Notes: generated from the letters alone by a model not told the origin. A stretch of 64,000 bases of DNA from Schmidtea nova (GCA_044892505.1 CM097883.1:42222001-42286000), one strand, 5' to 3'. Positions 28,801 through 39,358 are shown, numbered from the stretch's first letter. Translations and numbers: made by a program.

Positions 28801-30476
28801 TGCTTTTTTCTTTTTTCCTTTCCCCAGGGACGCATGACTAAATATTTATTATTATATTTAGGTTCGTCTTTCGATTTCGCGTTCACACATAGCTATTTCT
28901 CAGAAAATATTAATTTTTCTAATATTTTAATTAATTTTTGTACTTTAAATATTTTGATGTTTTAAAAGCTGTTTTCTTAGCTTTTATCACTTTTTATCAA
29001 CCCCAACAGTTATAATAATATTTAACGATTCCTCGTTGTCTTCAACAATAGTGAAAATAATAATTAGAAATGCCGCTTTTATTCTACAAACATATATTCG
29101 ACGCCAAACTTCTTTTATGTCAACCTTTTCATTAAAAAGAATTCTTTAATTTTCATATTTTTAAATAAACCTTTTATAAATGTTTATTATTGAAAAAGAA
29201 TAAAGATGTTAACAAAAAATCACACCTGAAAAAATACAATTATTATACAATTAACCTATTGTGTAATAATATGTTTCAAGATTAGAGGTTACATACGATA
29301 TTCGGTTGTTGTGTTTGAATGTTAGTATTATTGTGTATTCAGTGGTATTTTATATCAGTAATAAGAAAACTAATAAACACCCTTTTTAGACATTATGTAA
29401 TGAAGAGCTTTATAATTGCGAGTTGGATATTTGTCTTTAGAATACATTTTTGTCTCTTTTTAATAACACCAGTGGATAGAAGTGAGTTCACAATGACTTA
29501 TAGATTTGTCAAAAATTTTCTAAGTCAGAAAAAAGTCGCGTGATAAGTCATATTTTAGGTCAAGGTCATTTGAACAAAAAATAGTTACTATTTATAAACT
29601 AAAATGTTGTGAGCTCATGATGACTCATCATTTTTCTAAAAATAATTCGGTGACCCCTCCTTTGACAATGAACTTTTTAAAATTTTTCTAAGTCCATTTA
29701 ACAAATAAATTGTTTCAAATTTTTTTTGGTGATCCTCCCTAACAAAGATATGTGTTACTATTTATAGACTAAAATGTCTTGAGTTCACGATAACTCAACA
29801 TTTTCGAATTTTTTTTGATGACCCCCCCTAACGAAAATCTTTTTAAAACTTTTAAATATATTGTGACAAAACAAGGATTTTAAAACAAAACTTCCATTAT
29901 AAACAACGACACTTAGAAAAACTATATTCTGAGATAACAGTCTTAGAAGTTTTTCCTGATTCCAAAACAATAAAGATATTTTTCATACGACTTTTGGTTC
30001 GAGCTGAATGGGGGAGTAACCAAAAAAATTGGATATATTATCATAATTATCTTTTTGTGTCACCTTTGATCTTTTTTTAAACATTAATATCAATAATTCC
30101 CATAATGGGAATTATTAAAGAGAATTATTATTATTAAGAGGGTCTTGGACCTTTAACTATATTATGACTCATCATGTGACTATTTTCGGACTTTTGAATA
30201 AATAGCCTATTTGAATAAAACAATGAGTTATCGCGAACTCAATTCTTCCTACTAACAACAATACAAATGGAAATTAAAATTGAAAAACATTTTTTTATTT
30301 GTTATTTTATTTAATAAATTCTTATACATTTCAAATTTAATTTTTATATAAGCCAATTATACATTAATAATTTTTAACAATCATTAAAAATTTTAATCTT
30401 CGTCATTTTTTTATCTATTTTATTTCATTTATTTTCATATTTTCAGACGTTAGATTGAAATTTTGGTGTACTAATT

Positions 30477-30560
<84 letters not shown>

Positions 30561-31438
30561 ATGTGTCTAGGGCCTACGAAAGGTTTGAGACGGCTCTGAG
30601 TATACTTGATATCTTACAAACTAGACACATGAAAAGCTCATATCATCTTTGTATCACCATAGGTGTAAATACAATTTGTGATATGTAATCATATAGATTT
30701 TTGGCTTTTCGGATGACTGATTGATTAAAATCAATTTTATTAAAGAATATTTAAAACTGTTTCTAATAGCATTCACGTCCGAGGTTATTCGCTCTATAAT
30801 TCGAATTGAAATCACATAAATATCTTGACTTTAATCAAGAATAAACTAAATTTGTGATGAATTAATATTAGATAGTAATCGTTGAAATTTTATTTAATTA
30901 TAATGTAAAACTTTTACATAATAAAATATATAAACTATAATAATTCTGAAAAACATCTTATAAATCTAAATAATAATTTGAAAGAATTGAATGTAAAAAT
31001 TTAGACGTTATATACACAAAAATATAGTTTGGTTAGACTTGACACAATTTTTAGTTAAACTTGAAATTTACTTTATTTTAAACTGAATAATTAAAAAAAA
31101 TTTATCAGATTTTTTAAATGGCGTTTTTCAAATTCAAGTTATTTTTTTAATTTATTTTTAAAGATAATTGTTTTTTTATCAATTTAATAAAAAATTTAAT
31201 CAATGTTAAAGATTGCAAAATTAAACTAATTTTCCTTTCAAGGTTAAATAATAAAAAAACAATAATATTAATGAAAAATATTATTGATAAGAATAAAAAC
31301 ATTTACGATAATAATGTTTTTAAGGTTTAATAATAATTTATTTCCCTTAAAAGTTATTTCTTATAATATACTGCTTACTCTAATTCTAGCTTTTAAATCC
31401 TCAATTTCTTGTCTTACTGCATCCCTGTCTTCTGACAT
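1018..31438 (-). CDS. GNB1: G-protein beta subunit (Gbeta1-4 family, WD40), complete 7-exon gene, 345 aa
   Basis: Exons 31379-31438, 15892-16101, 15608-15849, 11941-12070, 11756-11895, 1173-1321 and 1018-1124 join through GT-AG introns with compatible phases into 1038 nt (345 aa plus stop). The product runs [20 protein letters not shown]...[14 protein letters not shown]...[11 protein letters not shown]...VACGGLDN...GHESDINAV...[11 protein letters not shown], the canonical Gbeta sequence. Confidence 0.97.
1173..1321 (-). CDS. GNB1: Gbeta coding exon 6
   Basis: [49 protein letters not shown](G); the phase-2 junction matches exon 5. Confidence 0.95.
1390..1593. mobile_element. Old hAT (Charlie-type) MITE
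   Basis: Imperfect TIRs CAAGGGTTCTCAGCC / GGTTGAGAATCGCTT; degenerate 8-bp flanks (CTCTATTC / GGCTATTT). Confidence 0.5.
1624..3252. mobile_element. Non-autonomous TIR element (pogo/Tc1-like CCGTA ends) interrupted by a mariner
   Basis: Left end TA|CCGTAGAGTGCCGACTA; right end reverse-complements to CCGTAGAGTGTCGATTA (15/17 match). Confidence 0.7.
2040..3215 (+). mobile_element. Mariner transposon, near full length, transposase frameshifted
   Basis: TIRs TTAGGTTGTCTGGAATGAAATGTCCG vs TTAGGTTGTCCGGAATGAGATGTCCG (2 mismatches) with a TA TSD on both sides. Fragments [40 protein letters not shown]...GSYF. Confidence 0.95.
4968..5697 (-). repeat. LTR-like family A copy (other copies ~16700-17335 -, ~28365-28942 -, 47107-47396 +, 49743-50038 +)
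   Basis: Shared motifs (element sense): TG..AAAAATT start, GGTATGGG, TAATGG(G)AAACCC(T)GAG, GTGTGGGAA. TATA box in the 17 kb copy; CACGAGGA(G/T)TCAGA near the end in the 5 kb and 28 kb copies. Boundaries approximate. Confidence 0.6.
5800..7110 (-). pseudogene. Highly decayed Tc1-like transposase relic, interrupted by a hAT MITE
   Basis: Fragments LSEIAKT (HTH), [18 protein letters not shown] and LQQN across several frames. Confidence 0.45.
6039..6464. mobile_element. hAT MITE
   Basis: TIRs CAGAGGTAGGGAACC / GGTTCCCCACCCCTG; perfect 8-bp TSD CTTTAAGG (6031-6038, 6465-6472). Confidence 0.93.
7139..7759 (-). pseudogene. Nuclear-receptor-derived intronless ORF with a broken C4 zinc-finger DBD
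   Basis: DCKVYSNK...HHECISF / [30 protein letters not shown] aligns by eye with NR DBDs (C.VC.DK...HY ... C.ID..RRN.CQ.CRL.KC..VGM.KE.V). Several Cys and the P-box to D-box segment are missing; no LBD. Confidence 0.7.
8236..9960 (+). mobile_element. hAT (Charlie/SPIN, GTF2IRD2-like) transposon relic
   Basis: Left end AGGGGTAGGCAACC; BED finger [25 protein letters not shown]; [51 protein letters not shown]; stops and frameshifts; right end not found. Confidence 0.9.
8720..8783. repeat. (TA)n microsatellite (others 10168-10237, 10784-10825, 30482-30557, 46073-46138, ~55707-55732)
   Basis: Pure TA dinucleotide runs. Confidence 0.98.
10003..10096. mobile_element. Small MITE-like inverted repeat
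   Basis: Perfect 20-bp arms GACTATAGATCAAAATTTCT (10003-10022) / AGAAATTTTGATCTATAGTC (10077-10096). Related interior sequence near 17570; similar ends near 48430-48520. Confidence 0.6.
10389..10531. repeat. Perfect palindrome, 71-bp arms, 1-nt spacer
   Basis: 10389-10459 is the exact reverse complement of 10461-10531; extends to 10382-10538 with one mismatch. Confidence 0.95.
11756..11895 (-). CDS. GNB1: Gbeta coding exon 5
   Basis: [46 protein letters not shown](R); follows a 45-nt intron (11896-11940). Confidence 0.95.
11941..12070 (-). CDS. GNB1: Gbeta coding exon 4
   Basis: [43 protein letters not shown]; CTAG acceptor, GTGAG donor. Not in the ORF track. Confidence 0.95.
12650..13200 (-). 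pseudogene. Mariner transposase relic
   Basis: Minus-strand ...[16 protein letters not shown]... and downstream HLDKHLR-like segment of the mariner catalytic domain; many disablements. Confidence 0.7.
13383..13800 (-). pseudogene. Divergent TATA-binding-protein (TBP)-fold relic, intronless
   Basis: [15 protein letters not shown]...[13 protein letters not shown], then after a frameshift [11 protein letters not shown]; compare the TBP C-terminal repeat QNIV.S.D....I.L...YEPELFPGLIYR...LIFVSGKVV. Confidence 0.7.
15608..15849 (-). CDS. GNB1: Gbeta coding exon 3
   Basis: [32 protein letters not shown]...SSGDTT(C); follows a 42-nt intron (15850-15891). Confidence 0.95.
15892..16101 (-). CDS. GNB1: Gbeta coding exon 2
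   Basis: [17 protein letters not shown]...[38 protein letters not shown]; TAG acceptor ending at 16102, GT donor at 15891. Confidence 0.95.
17861..17913. repeat. Perfect 22-bp hairpin with a 9-nt loop
   Basis: AAAGGATAGAATACCAATACTT-CAAAATTTA-AAGTATTGGTATTCTATCCTTT. Confidence 0.9.
22190..22620 (+). pseudogene. Two tandem Penelope-like GIY-YIG endonuclease relics
   Basis: [24 protein letters not shown] and a second similar copy ~240 bp downstream; DNA similarity to the reverse complement of 655-720. Confidence 0.75.
22817..22857 (+). ncRNA. Minimal type I hammerhead ribozyme (Penelope-type)
   Basis: GCAC (stem I) CTGATGA A GAGAA-TTAAG-TTCTC (stem II) GAAA TATA (palindromic stem III) T T GTGC (stem I'); intact core; predicted cleavage after 22853; ~200 bp downstream of GIY-YIG relics on the same strand. 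Confidence 0.8.
25585..25951 (+). mobile_element. hAT internal-deletion derivative (MITE)
   Basis: TIRs CAGCGGCGGAACT / AGTTCCGCCACTG; perfect 8-bp TSD GTCCCCAT; retains the transposase C-terminus (LSIE...[15 protein letters not shown]). Confidence 0.93.
29584..29850. repeat. Imperfect ~170-bp tandem repeat carrying a GAG(T/C)TCA(C/T)GAT(A/G)ACTCA motif
   Basis: GTTACTATTTATA.ACTAAAATGT at 29584 and 29754; an inverted copy of the motif near 30225; probably subterminal repeats of a non-autonomous TE. Confidence 0.55.
31379..31438 (-). CDS. GNB1: Gbeta coding exon 1 (N-terminal coiled coil, [20 protein letters not shown])
   Basis: ATG at 31438 directly follows a TTTTAG acceptor; GTAAG donor at 31378; 20 codons resemble the Gbeta N-terminal helix. 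Not in the ORF track. Confidence 0.9.
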
Positions 31439-31753
31439 CTAAAAATGCTAAAGAATATCAACAAATTAATTTCTTATTTAGCTACTAGCAAAATTATATA
31501 ATTTTAAAATTTTAAAATTTTAAAATCTTGCATATCGAATGATTTAAACATTGTACAACACGTTTTGGAAAAAAAATAATTATATATATTACGATAATTT
31601 TATCTAAATTCATTAATTATAATAACAGAAATAAAATAATTTTTTTAAATGTTTTAATATTGTTGCGTTGTTATATTAATTATTTTAAATTTACTAATTT
31701 TCTTTGATTTGTTTATTTAAACTATTTCATTTGCATTGTTTTTAATAAATGTT

Positions 31754-32179
31754 ATGAAGTTACAAATTGTTTGTGTAATTCTTTTTCTTAGCGTTGTCAA
31801 TTGCAATCCTATAACAAAGGTATCGGATAATGAAGACAATTTGATTTACGACTCTAACCAATCTCATTCACAGTCAAATCATGAACATTTTGTGGTCGAT
31901 TTCGGTCAATTAATCACTTCGGATTCTAAATTGATGAAAGAACTGTCGAATTTGTTAAATGAATTTGTAAAAACCCCATCAACTGAGTTGATTAATCAAA
32001 TCAAATTAGAATGGACAAATTTCAAAGCTAAATATAAGAAAATTTACAAAGATGTCAAAGAAGAATCTCATCGATTTTTGATTTTCTTAAAAAGTTATCT
32101 CAAAATAAAGCAACACAATTTGAAATTCGATGCGGGAACAGTTAAATTCAATATGTCAACTAATCATTTATCTGATCTA
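31754..32179 (+). CDS. Cathepsin L-like cysteine protease, first exon (signal peptide plus I29 inhibitor prodomain)
   Basis: MKLQIVCVILFLSVVNC signal peptide; WTNFKAKYKKIY..VKEESHRFLIF...IKQHN...FNMSTNHLSDL (ERFNIN/GNFD-like); GTGAGT donor at 32180; no catalytic exon found in the window. Confidence 0.85.
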
Positions 32180-32899
32180 GTGAGTGTTATTTCATTTATA
32201 TGAATCATGTTTAGGTAATTAGTTTTCTTTTGGTGGACATGATTTTCTTTGCTAATTTTTCTTTTTATATTATATTTCACTATTTCTACTTTTTCATGAT
32301 AAATAAAAGGTATCACTATCATATTTTATTATAAATAATGTTTAATAATATTAATGATCAATAATTAATTATTTAAACACTTTTTCAAAAACAATACGAT
32401 GGAACCGCTATTAATAAGCATAATTCGTCCCATAATCTTCCTCGTAACGTAGATTACTCGTTAATCGAGATTCCACTGTACATATAGTTTGTTCATATAT
32501 ACGAGATTGAATGTCTGTCACACAAAGCGCGCCCAAAATCGAAATTCTAGGACCACAGAAATCTGCATTGTCAATATTAGTTTAATACATAAAATAATAC
32601 AAAGCTTCAGTAGTATCTGCTTATTATCAAATTCGAAACATCCTGTTAGGAACACTTTCAAATATTTATTCAAACGAATTAAAGAATCTAAATTCTTTCA
32701 ATAACCGAAATCAGTTTTCACTGTTTCAATTTTTATTTTCATTAATATTTAGAATTGATATAACAGTTAATTGACTTCCACAAACTAGATTGTTAGTTTC
32801 CCATTTTTATTATGTTAGAATATGCGGTTTTATCTCTTATAGTGAAACAACTGTTTTGTTGAATCACGAGATCTCATTGTTTGTTGATAAAGATTAGCT

Positions 32900-34100
32900 G
32901 GTATAAGTATACAATAGGGGGGCCACTTTTTTTTAATTAAATTAAATAAATTTTAAATTATAATAAATTATTAATTTAATAAAAAGAGTATAATAAAATA
33001 CTTATATATAGGGAAGACTATTAAGTCAGTTTTTATTTAAGTTAACGTTACACAACACTTAAATCATATCGTTGTCTTATTTGATCAATCAATATATCAA
33101 ACGCTCGCTCATTTTGACAAAACCTTCTTCTCCACATGAATTCGTCGAGGTACGAAGGAATGAAGCTACATCGTGTCCCAAACATATACTTAAATTTTCG
33201 TTTACACAACGCCCACGAACCTTCTATTCCGTTGGTGTTAACGCCGGTAACGGGATCAATGAAGTGTTCCGAGTGATTCACCCACTGGTGTACATACGGT
33301 CCCAATTTAGCTAAAGGTGTAGGGGCATTTGGGTCTCGTCTGGGACCACCAGTATAAGTAGAGAATTCATCAGTCCAAATAGTCGTTCCCGGGAGTACAA
33401 CACGCGAAAAAATTGGAAATATTTCTTGTTGAGTCCTATTATAAACGAACTCGAAGTGTACATTCTTCGTAGTACAGTCTATAATTCCGAAAACCCAACC
33501 ACTGCGTGCATTCCCTCTCGGTTCTCCGCGATTATGCATCAAATTCATAAATTTCGATTCATCCGCTTGCACGATATGATCAACTCCACCAAATAGTAAA
33601 GGCTGAGAAACCAACTTCCAACTGGCAATATCTCTAAAATACTGGTACCATTGAATGATAGTTTTTTTTGAAATATTAGTAAAAAGCTGAACTTGTTTAA
33701 CAGAGCATTCCGCGCCCCAAAAATACATTAGTAGGAAAAGATCACGAATATGTAATTTGGAATTACAAAAAAAACTCCCGGTTGTAATTGTTTGTTTGTT
33801 GCGATGCGGATTTACGTGTGACCGACTACGACAAACAAATATATATTCATTTACTACTTTTGAATCTTTTACAAGTTTCATAATGCGTCCGCAGTTTGAG
33901 CAGGTGGGATCGGCTCGTAGCAAACCTACTCTTTGGAAATGTCTTATTAAAGACAGTGTGTCACGCGAAAGTTCATATATTTGTTGTAAATTCATGGCTT
34001 ATGATATATTTTAAAATTTAATTGATTATATTTATATTTATATATTTAAATTTATTTAATTTAATTAAAAAAAGTGGCCCCCCTATTGTATACTTATACC
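32900..34100 (-). mobile_element. Merlin (IS1595/ISXO2-like) DNA transposon, apparently intact
   Basis: ~50-bp TIRs starting GGTATAAGTATACAATAGGGGGGCCACTTTT (one indel); perfect 8-bp TSD GATTAGCT (32892-32899, 34101-34108); single uninterrupted ORF. Confidence 0.96.
33048..33995 (-). CDS. Merlin/ISXO2-like DDE transposase, 315 aa
   Basis: CSNC zinc ribbon, HTH, VQADES (D), IWTDEFSTY (D), VNHSEHF.DP.TGVNTNGIEGSW (E), YLDEFMWRR. Confidence 0.95.
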   Translation of the reverse strand: MNLQQIYELSRDTLSLIRHFQRVGLLRADPTCSNCGRIMKLVKDSKVVNEYIFVCRSRSHVNPHRNKQTITTGSFFCNSKLHIRDLFLLMYFWGAECSVKQVQLFTNISKKTIIQWYQYFRDIASWKLVSQPLLFGGVDHIVQADESKFMNLMHNRGEPRGNARSGWVFGIIDCTTKNVHFEFVYNRTQQEIFPIFSRVVLPGTTIWTDEFSTYTGGPRRDPNAPTPLAKLGPYVHQWVNHSEHFIDPVTGVNTNGIEGSWALCKRKFKYMFGTRCSFIPSYLDEFMWRRRFCQNERAFDILIDQIRQRYDLSVV

Positions 34101-34165
34101 GATTAGCTACTTTAATTATTTTATAAGACGGCGGAGATTTACTCTCAAATGCCATTGACGATGTA

Positions 34166-34790
34166 CAGGGTTATGCAATTCTATATTAACATGTATACAA
34201 TTCTATATTAACATAGATATAAAATTTATATTTTTATTGAACGAATTCTTAAACACCAAAAATAAAAATAAAAACTTTAAATAATACTTTTAATTAGATA
34301 AACGACTCTTTTTGTTGTGCTTTTTCAAGCCACTGTCTCATATTCCTGTAAAAACCTTGGCACTGTCAAGAATAATTATTTTCTGGCGCCAAAATATTCT
34401 CTAAGCATCCTTCAATAGATGCATTAGAATTTAGAATTTTTTGCTCATGATATTTATTTTTTATCATTGAAAAAAAATTCTTCAATCGGGTTAAGTTCTG
34501 GCGAGTATGGAACCAAAAGCTTACACACAATTCTATTTTGCCTAAAAAGTTCTTGAACAGAAATTGATTTGTGGAATTTTGCGTTATCCATAATTAGAAT
34601 CTTATTCGGCTGAGATCTAAAGTAAGGTATAAGCTGGTTTTCAATGAATTGAATAAACGATTCTGTGTTGAAAGCTCCAACTTTAGACTCGTAGCTGATA
34701 ATTCCATCAATACCAATTGCACACACTAAAAAAATCCAAACCAAAATCAATGCACTACGCTGGGTCACCGCGAAGTCGCAATCGCGCTTC
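34166..34790 (-). pseudogene. IS630/Tc1-family transposase 3' relic
   Basis: LIMDNAKFHKS...LLVPYSPELNPIEEFF; CCCTG|TA-type end near 34166. Confidence 0.8.
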
Positions 34791-35365
34791 TAGCTAACGC
34801 TATGCAGAAGTAGAATTTTTTTGTGCTTCAGGGCTGAATAATTATATTATTAGAGGTAAGTACGTTTTTTTATAATTTACTATAGACAATATCAAACAAT
34901 TATTGTCACTTATGAGGCGCCAAATTTTTATTTTGTCCGGGCGCCGTTCAAGCTAGAGCGGGCCCTGTAAGTTTTTTTATTTATTTTTTTGTTTGTTATG
35001 AATGTATATTGTCAACTACAAGTTCTTCATTATTTGAATGTTTATTAAGTTTAAATACAATATTAATTACGTATTTTTTACAATAGATTCAACGATTTTT
35101 TAGTTTTTGACCTTTTCAACGTTTTCTTCAGGCATCCGCTTAATCTTAATCAAAAAGTGCTTCCGAATTGTTACAAGTAAGTAATTTTTTAAAATTTCTT
35201 ATTGTTGCATATACATACTCAGATTTAATCAAAGAATCACGCAACGTGTAGATTATCCGCCAATTTATCTACATCCTGTATATTAGAATTGTTTTTAAAT
35301 TCAATATTCAATATTTTATGATTAAAACTAGGTTATATATTTTTTTAGTTTTCGGCTTTTAGATG

Positions 35366-37590
35366 CTTCCCAAAAAACTCCGGTTTTCAAAATCGCATGC
35401 GACAGGCAACGAGGGAAGTAGAACTTGAAAAACAACGAGGCAACATTATAAAGTTCTTGATATCCAAGAATGATTCATCGGCACCTTCAGAACCACACAC
35501 GTCACCTGACAAGATCACTCAGAATATTTTAAAAGATATTTCTGAATCTACAATTCCGATATCTGAAATCAACCTAAAGGATGTATCTGAGGCACCTGAA
35601 AAAGATGAAATTGCATTAACAACAGAAGATTCTGTTAATTCAGAAAATGCATCAGCATCATCACCAGATTCTCTAAACTCTGATGATTTCCACATAATCG
35701 ACACATTTGATAATACAGCTAATATTCCATCTGTACTTTCTTGTAACGACATCGGCTATTTAGAGTTTGACAAGATATCACAACGTTTGATAATTTCCCA
35801 ACGACTCAAAGACGAATTGGTAGAGCGTGGATCATCTGCATTTCAAAAGAAAAATGGTCCATTTGAATTTCGCGATGGACGTTCAATGCATTCATCTTGG
35901 TTCACCCGCCGGCTGGCTAATGGAGATGAGATAAATCGAACATGGTTGCTCTTTTCCCCATTAAAAGTTGAGCATATTGCTTCTGTTGCCTATTATTTTC
36001 AAAGTCACTTAACAATCAGCGCTCTGGACTTACGTTGCCAGAAGGTTTCAACAAATGGAGAAAGCCAGAAAAAATGTCTGAACATGAAAATAGTCCAAAC
36101 CATGGCGCTTTATTTACTGCCTGGAAAGAAGCGGAGTGACGGATTATGTCGGGTAAGGGAATCGATGCAGAATTGCAAGCCCAAATACAAAATGAAAAAC
36201 AAAAATGGCGAGATGTTCTGAAACGCTTACTTAGTTGAGTAAATTTTTAGCATTTAAATTTGGCATTGCGAGGCCATGCAGAGAGTTCTAACGTTGGAAA
36301 TTTTCTTGCTACTCTGAAACTTTTAGCTGAGTATGATCCTTTACTTTCTAACCACCTTGATCATGCCAGACAAAATCCGGGATCTGTATCATGCTTGTCA
36401 CCACAAACCCAAAATGAATTTATTGGCTTACTAGCGTCGAAAGTAAGAAATAAATTACTAAATGACATCAAGAGAAACAAATACTATGCTATTTTGTTTG
36501 ACAGCACTACAGATCAAGCTCACCGCGAACAGTTATCACGCGTGATAAGGTATGTCGATGTTGATTTTTCAAACAAAACTGTGACTATTAAGGAATCATT
36601 TCTGAGCTTTATTGAGCTACATGCTAAAGATGCAGCCACTCTTGAACATGTTATTGTTGACACCCTTGAAGCCGATAATTTACGTCTGGATGACTGCAGG
36701 TCGCAATGTTATGACAATGCTGCTGTAATGAGTGGGCATATATCTGGGCTTCAACAAAGGATTTGCAATAGAAATCCTCGCGCAATATTTGTGAATTGCA
36801 ACAATCATAGCCATAACTTGGCAGGTATGCACTCAGCTAAGCAGGATACTGTTGCTGTTACATTTTTGGTACAATCGAGAGCATTTACCTTTATTTCTCA
36901 TGTTCCACACTTCGATGGAACGAGCTTAAAAATGTAATCAGCAACACTGTTAAGCGAGAATGTGAGACCAGATGGAGTGCTAGAGCAGATGCGGTCAAGG
37001 CTGTGCATAATGAAGTAAACGAAATTGTAGGGTTACTCGAAAAATTGTCAGATGATAACAGCCAGACTCAGGACACAAGGGCTGATGCCGAAAGATTGCT
37101 AATTTGGCATCAAATTCTCGGTAAAATTGACCGAGTCCAAAAACGTTTAAAGGACCCAACAGTAAACTTCGGGGAAGCAGCATCAGATCTGCAATCTTTG
37201 GAACTTCATCTCAATGAAGTGAGATCAGAATTATACGAAGAAGCCATTCAGAAAGCAAAGGATATGTGCAGTAAATGGGGAATTGCAGTAGAAAGCCGAG
37301 TCAGGCGAAGAAGACGAATGGCGGGAGAAATGGCACGAGATGCGGGACTTTCTTCTGAAGAAAATATTAACAGAATAATGAAAAGTATTATTGATCGCTT
37401 AAAGGCAAAATTTCAAAAAATTCAAACGACTTCAAGACTTTAATTTCAAATTTGGCTTTCTGCTTAATATTAATAATTTATTAAGCATGAAAAATGTCGA
37501 TTTGGAAGAAAAATGTTTGAATTTAGCAAGCTTTTATGACAGCGACGTAAATGGGACGGAGTTGTTCAACGAAATTTGCGATACTAAAAT
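35366..37590 (+). pseudogene. hAT transposase (ZMYM1/TTF-zinc-finger type), decayed
   Basis: RTWLLFSP, LALRGH, FDSTTDQAHREQLS, QCYDNAAVMSG, CNNHSHNL, TRWSAR, RRMAGEMARD, DVNGTELFNEI across frames. Confidence 0.9.
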
Positions 37591-38060
37591 AACAAATAAC
37601 AAATTTGTTTTTGGTTCAAATTTTCTCTGAACTCAATCTACGAACCTTTTTCAAAATATCGGGAGTGTTATATTACCAGAAATTTAAAGATAAATTACCC
37701 TATTAGCTATTTTTTTATTTTAATTTTGAAAAAACTTACGTCTGGATTTTTCGGGGGCAGAAGAAAAAATCAAGATTTCTATGATCCTTAACAAAAAATA
37801 GTTTCTAAATTTCATTCAATAAATAATATATGTAAATAATTTTTTTACTTTGTTTTTTCGGCACGGCACGCATTAATGTATTTTATATTAATTTATACCG
37901 AAAAAATGTTTTGTTTAACGAGATTTTCGCGTTACGAGCAACATTTATGAACGAATTATGCTCGTTATGCGAGGTTCCACTGTATAATAAAATATATAAA
38001 AATATATAATAATAAAATAATATTTTAAAAAGTAAACAATAAATATTGTTTATCACTACA

Positions 38061-38396
38061 TTAAAAATAAATTTTTCTGGCTTTTACTGCCGCAAATGTA
38101 TCAATGACATCATCAAAATTAATACAATCAAGAGTGTCGCGTTCCTCGCTTAAGAGTGCAAGACTATCCAAACGTTCTTGACCTATAGATGCCCGTAGAT
38201 AGGATAGTATTAATTTCAATTTTCTGAAAAAGCGCTCACAGCTTGCAATTGATACCGCAATCGTTAATAAAATTTGCAGCGCAATTCTTAAACTCGGAAA
38301 GACATCCTCACCATACAATACTATAAACTTCAACAAATCAACTGGCGATGATAGCGAAGTATCACATCTTTGCTGGTGTGTTGGTTTGATGGACAA
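38061..38396 (-). pseudogene. hAT C-terminal dimerisation domain, inverted relative to the 35.4-37.6 kb body
   Basis: VFPSLRIALQILLTIAVSIASCERFFRKLKLILSYLRASIGQERLDSLALLS...FAAVKARK. Confidence 0.9.
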
Positions 38397-38758
38397 CTGA
38401 GATCATTAAGATTTTATATGTTAGGGTGATCTCGCCAACATAAAAACATTCCCCCGCTGACACCCATGATGTATCCCTAACTACTCATCATGTTGGTGCT
38501 GTGTCAACGTTGTGAAATGACAAGGCAGGTGAGCAACCTTGCGGCTACTATTCCCTTGTTTATTCACGGGTCCACCACTACCGATAGAAGGTGTCTGTGG
38601 ATTTCTTTCGGTCCCACTTATGCTCTTTCCTTTTGCTCTAGGGTAATTTAATTTCAGCGCCTCTGCAGTTTTAGATGAATCCGGGTTTTTAGTTACATTC
38701 AATTCTCAGACATTCCACAAACAAACAAGACAAGACAAATCATTCGTTTACAATACAT

Positions 38759-39358
38759 TTATTTATAGTTTAATAACACTGACGGTCTAATCACATTTAG
38801 GAGTTCTTGTTCAGATAGACCACTGAGCAAGTCTACTTCTATTCCTAGGCGATCCGCATACGCACGTCGCTCTCTCCGCTTTTTCGATCCGAGGCGATTC
38901 CTTCTCTTCGTTCGTTTTGAGCCTGCTGGAGTTCTCGTTGTCGACTCGATCGTCGTGATTGCGACTGCATCTGTTTCCGTTTGGGTACTCGTAGTTACCG
39001 ATATCGAGTCCACCCATCGGTTAAAAGTGCTTGCCCGGATCACTGGGTGCAATTGCTCGGTAATAAATTCCTGGGTCGATACCCTCAAGTAGTTCGAGAG
39101 CTCCATCTTTAGTGCTGCTACCTCTCTAGCTTGTTCGTCGACTGTTCGTTCCGCCCGGTATCTGGCTTGTAGTATGGCCTTAACCCGCTCTGGGTTAAAC
39201 CACGTGGTTTTAATCCGCTGATGCTCGTCATTTAACTGTCTTAAACGATTCTCCAAAACTCGTGAACGCGCCTTATGTTCTCGCGCCTTTTGCTTGTACT
39301 CTCTATCTTTGGTTTCGTTCATGTCTGTAAATATAACCTCAATTATGGTATATGTCAT
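38759..39358 (-). CDS. Orphan protein, 199 aa, N-terminal coiled coil and basic C-terminal patch
   Basis: Uninterrupted, GC-richer ORF; stop overlaps AATAAA (38758-38763); RSRVLENRLRQLNDE heptads; KRTKRRNRLGSKKRRERR NLS-like stretch. Confidence 0.6.
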   Translation of the reverse strand: MTYTIIEVIFTDMNETKDREYKQKAREHKARSRVLENRLRQLNDEHQRIKTTWFNPERVKAILQARYRAERTVDEQAREVAALKMELSNYLRVSTQEFITEQLHPVIRASTFNRWVDSISVTTSTQTETDAVAITTIESTTRTPAGSKRTKRRNRLGSKKRRERRAYADRLGIEVDLLSGLSEQELLNVIRPSVLLNYK

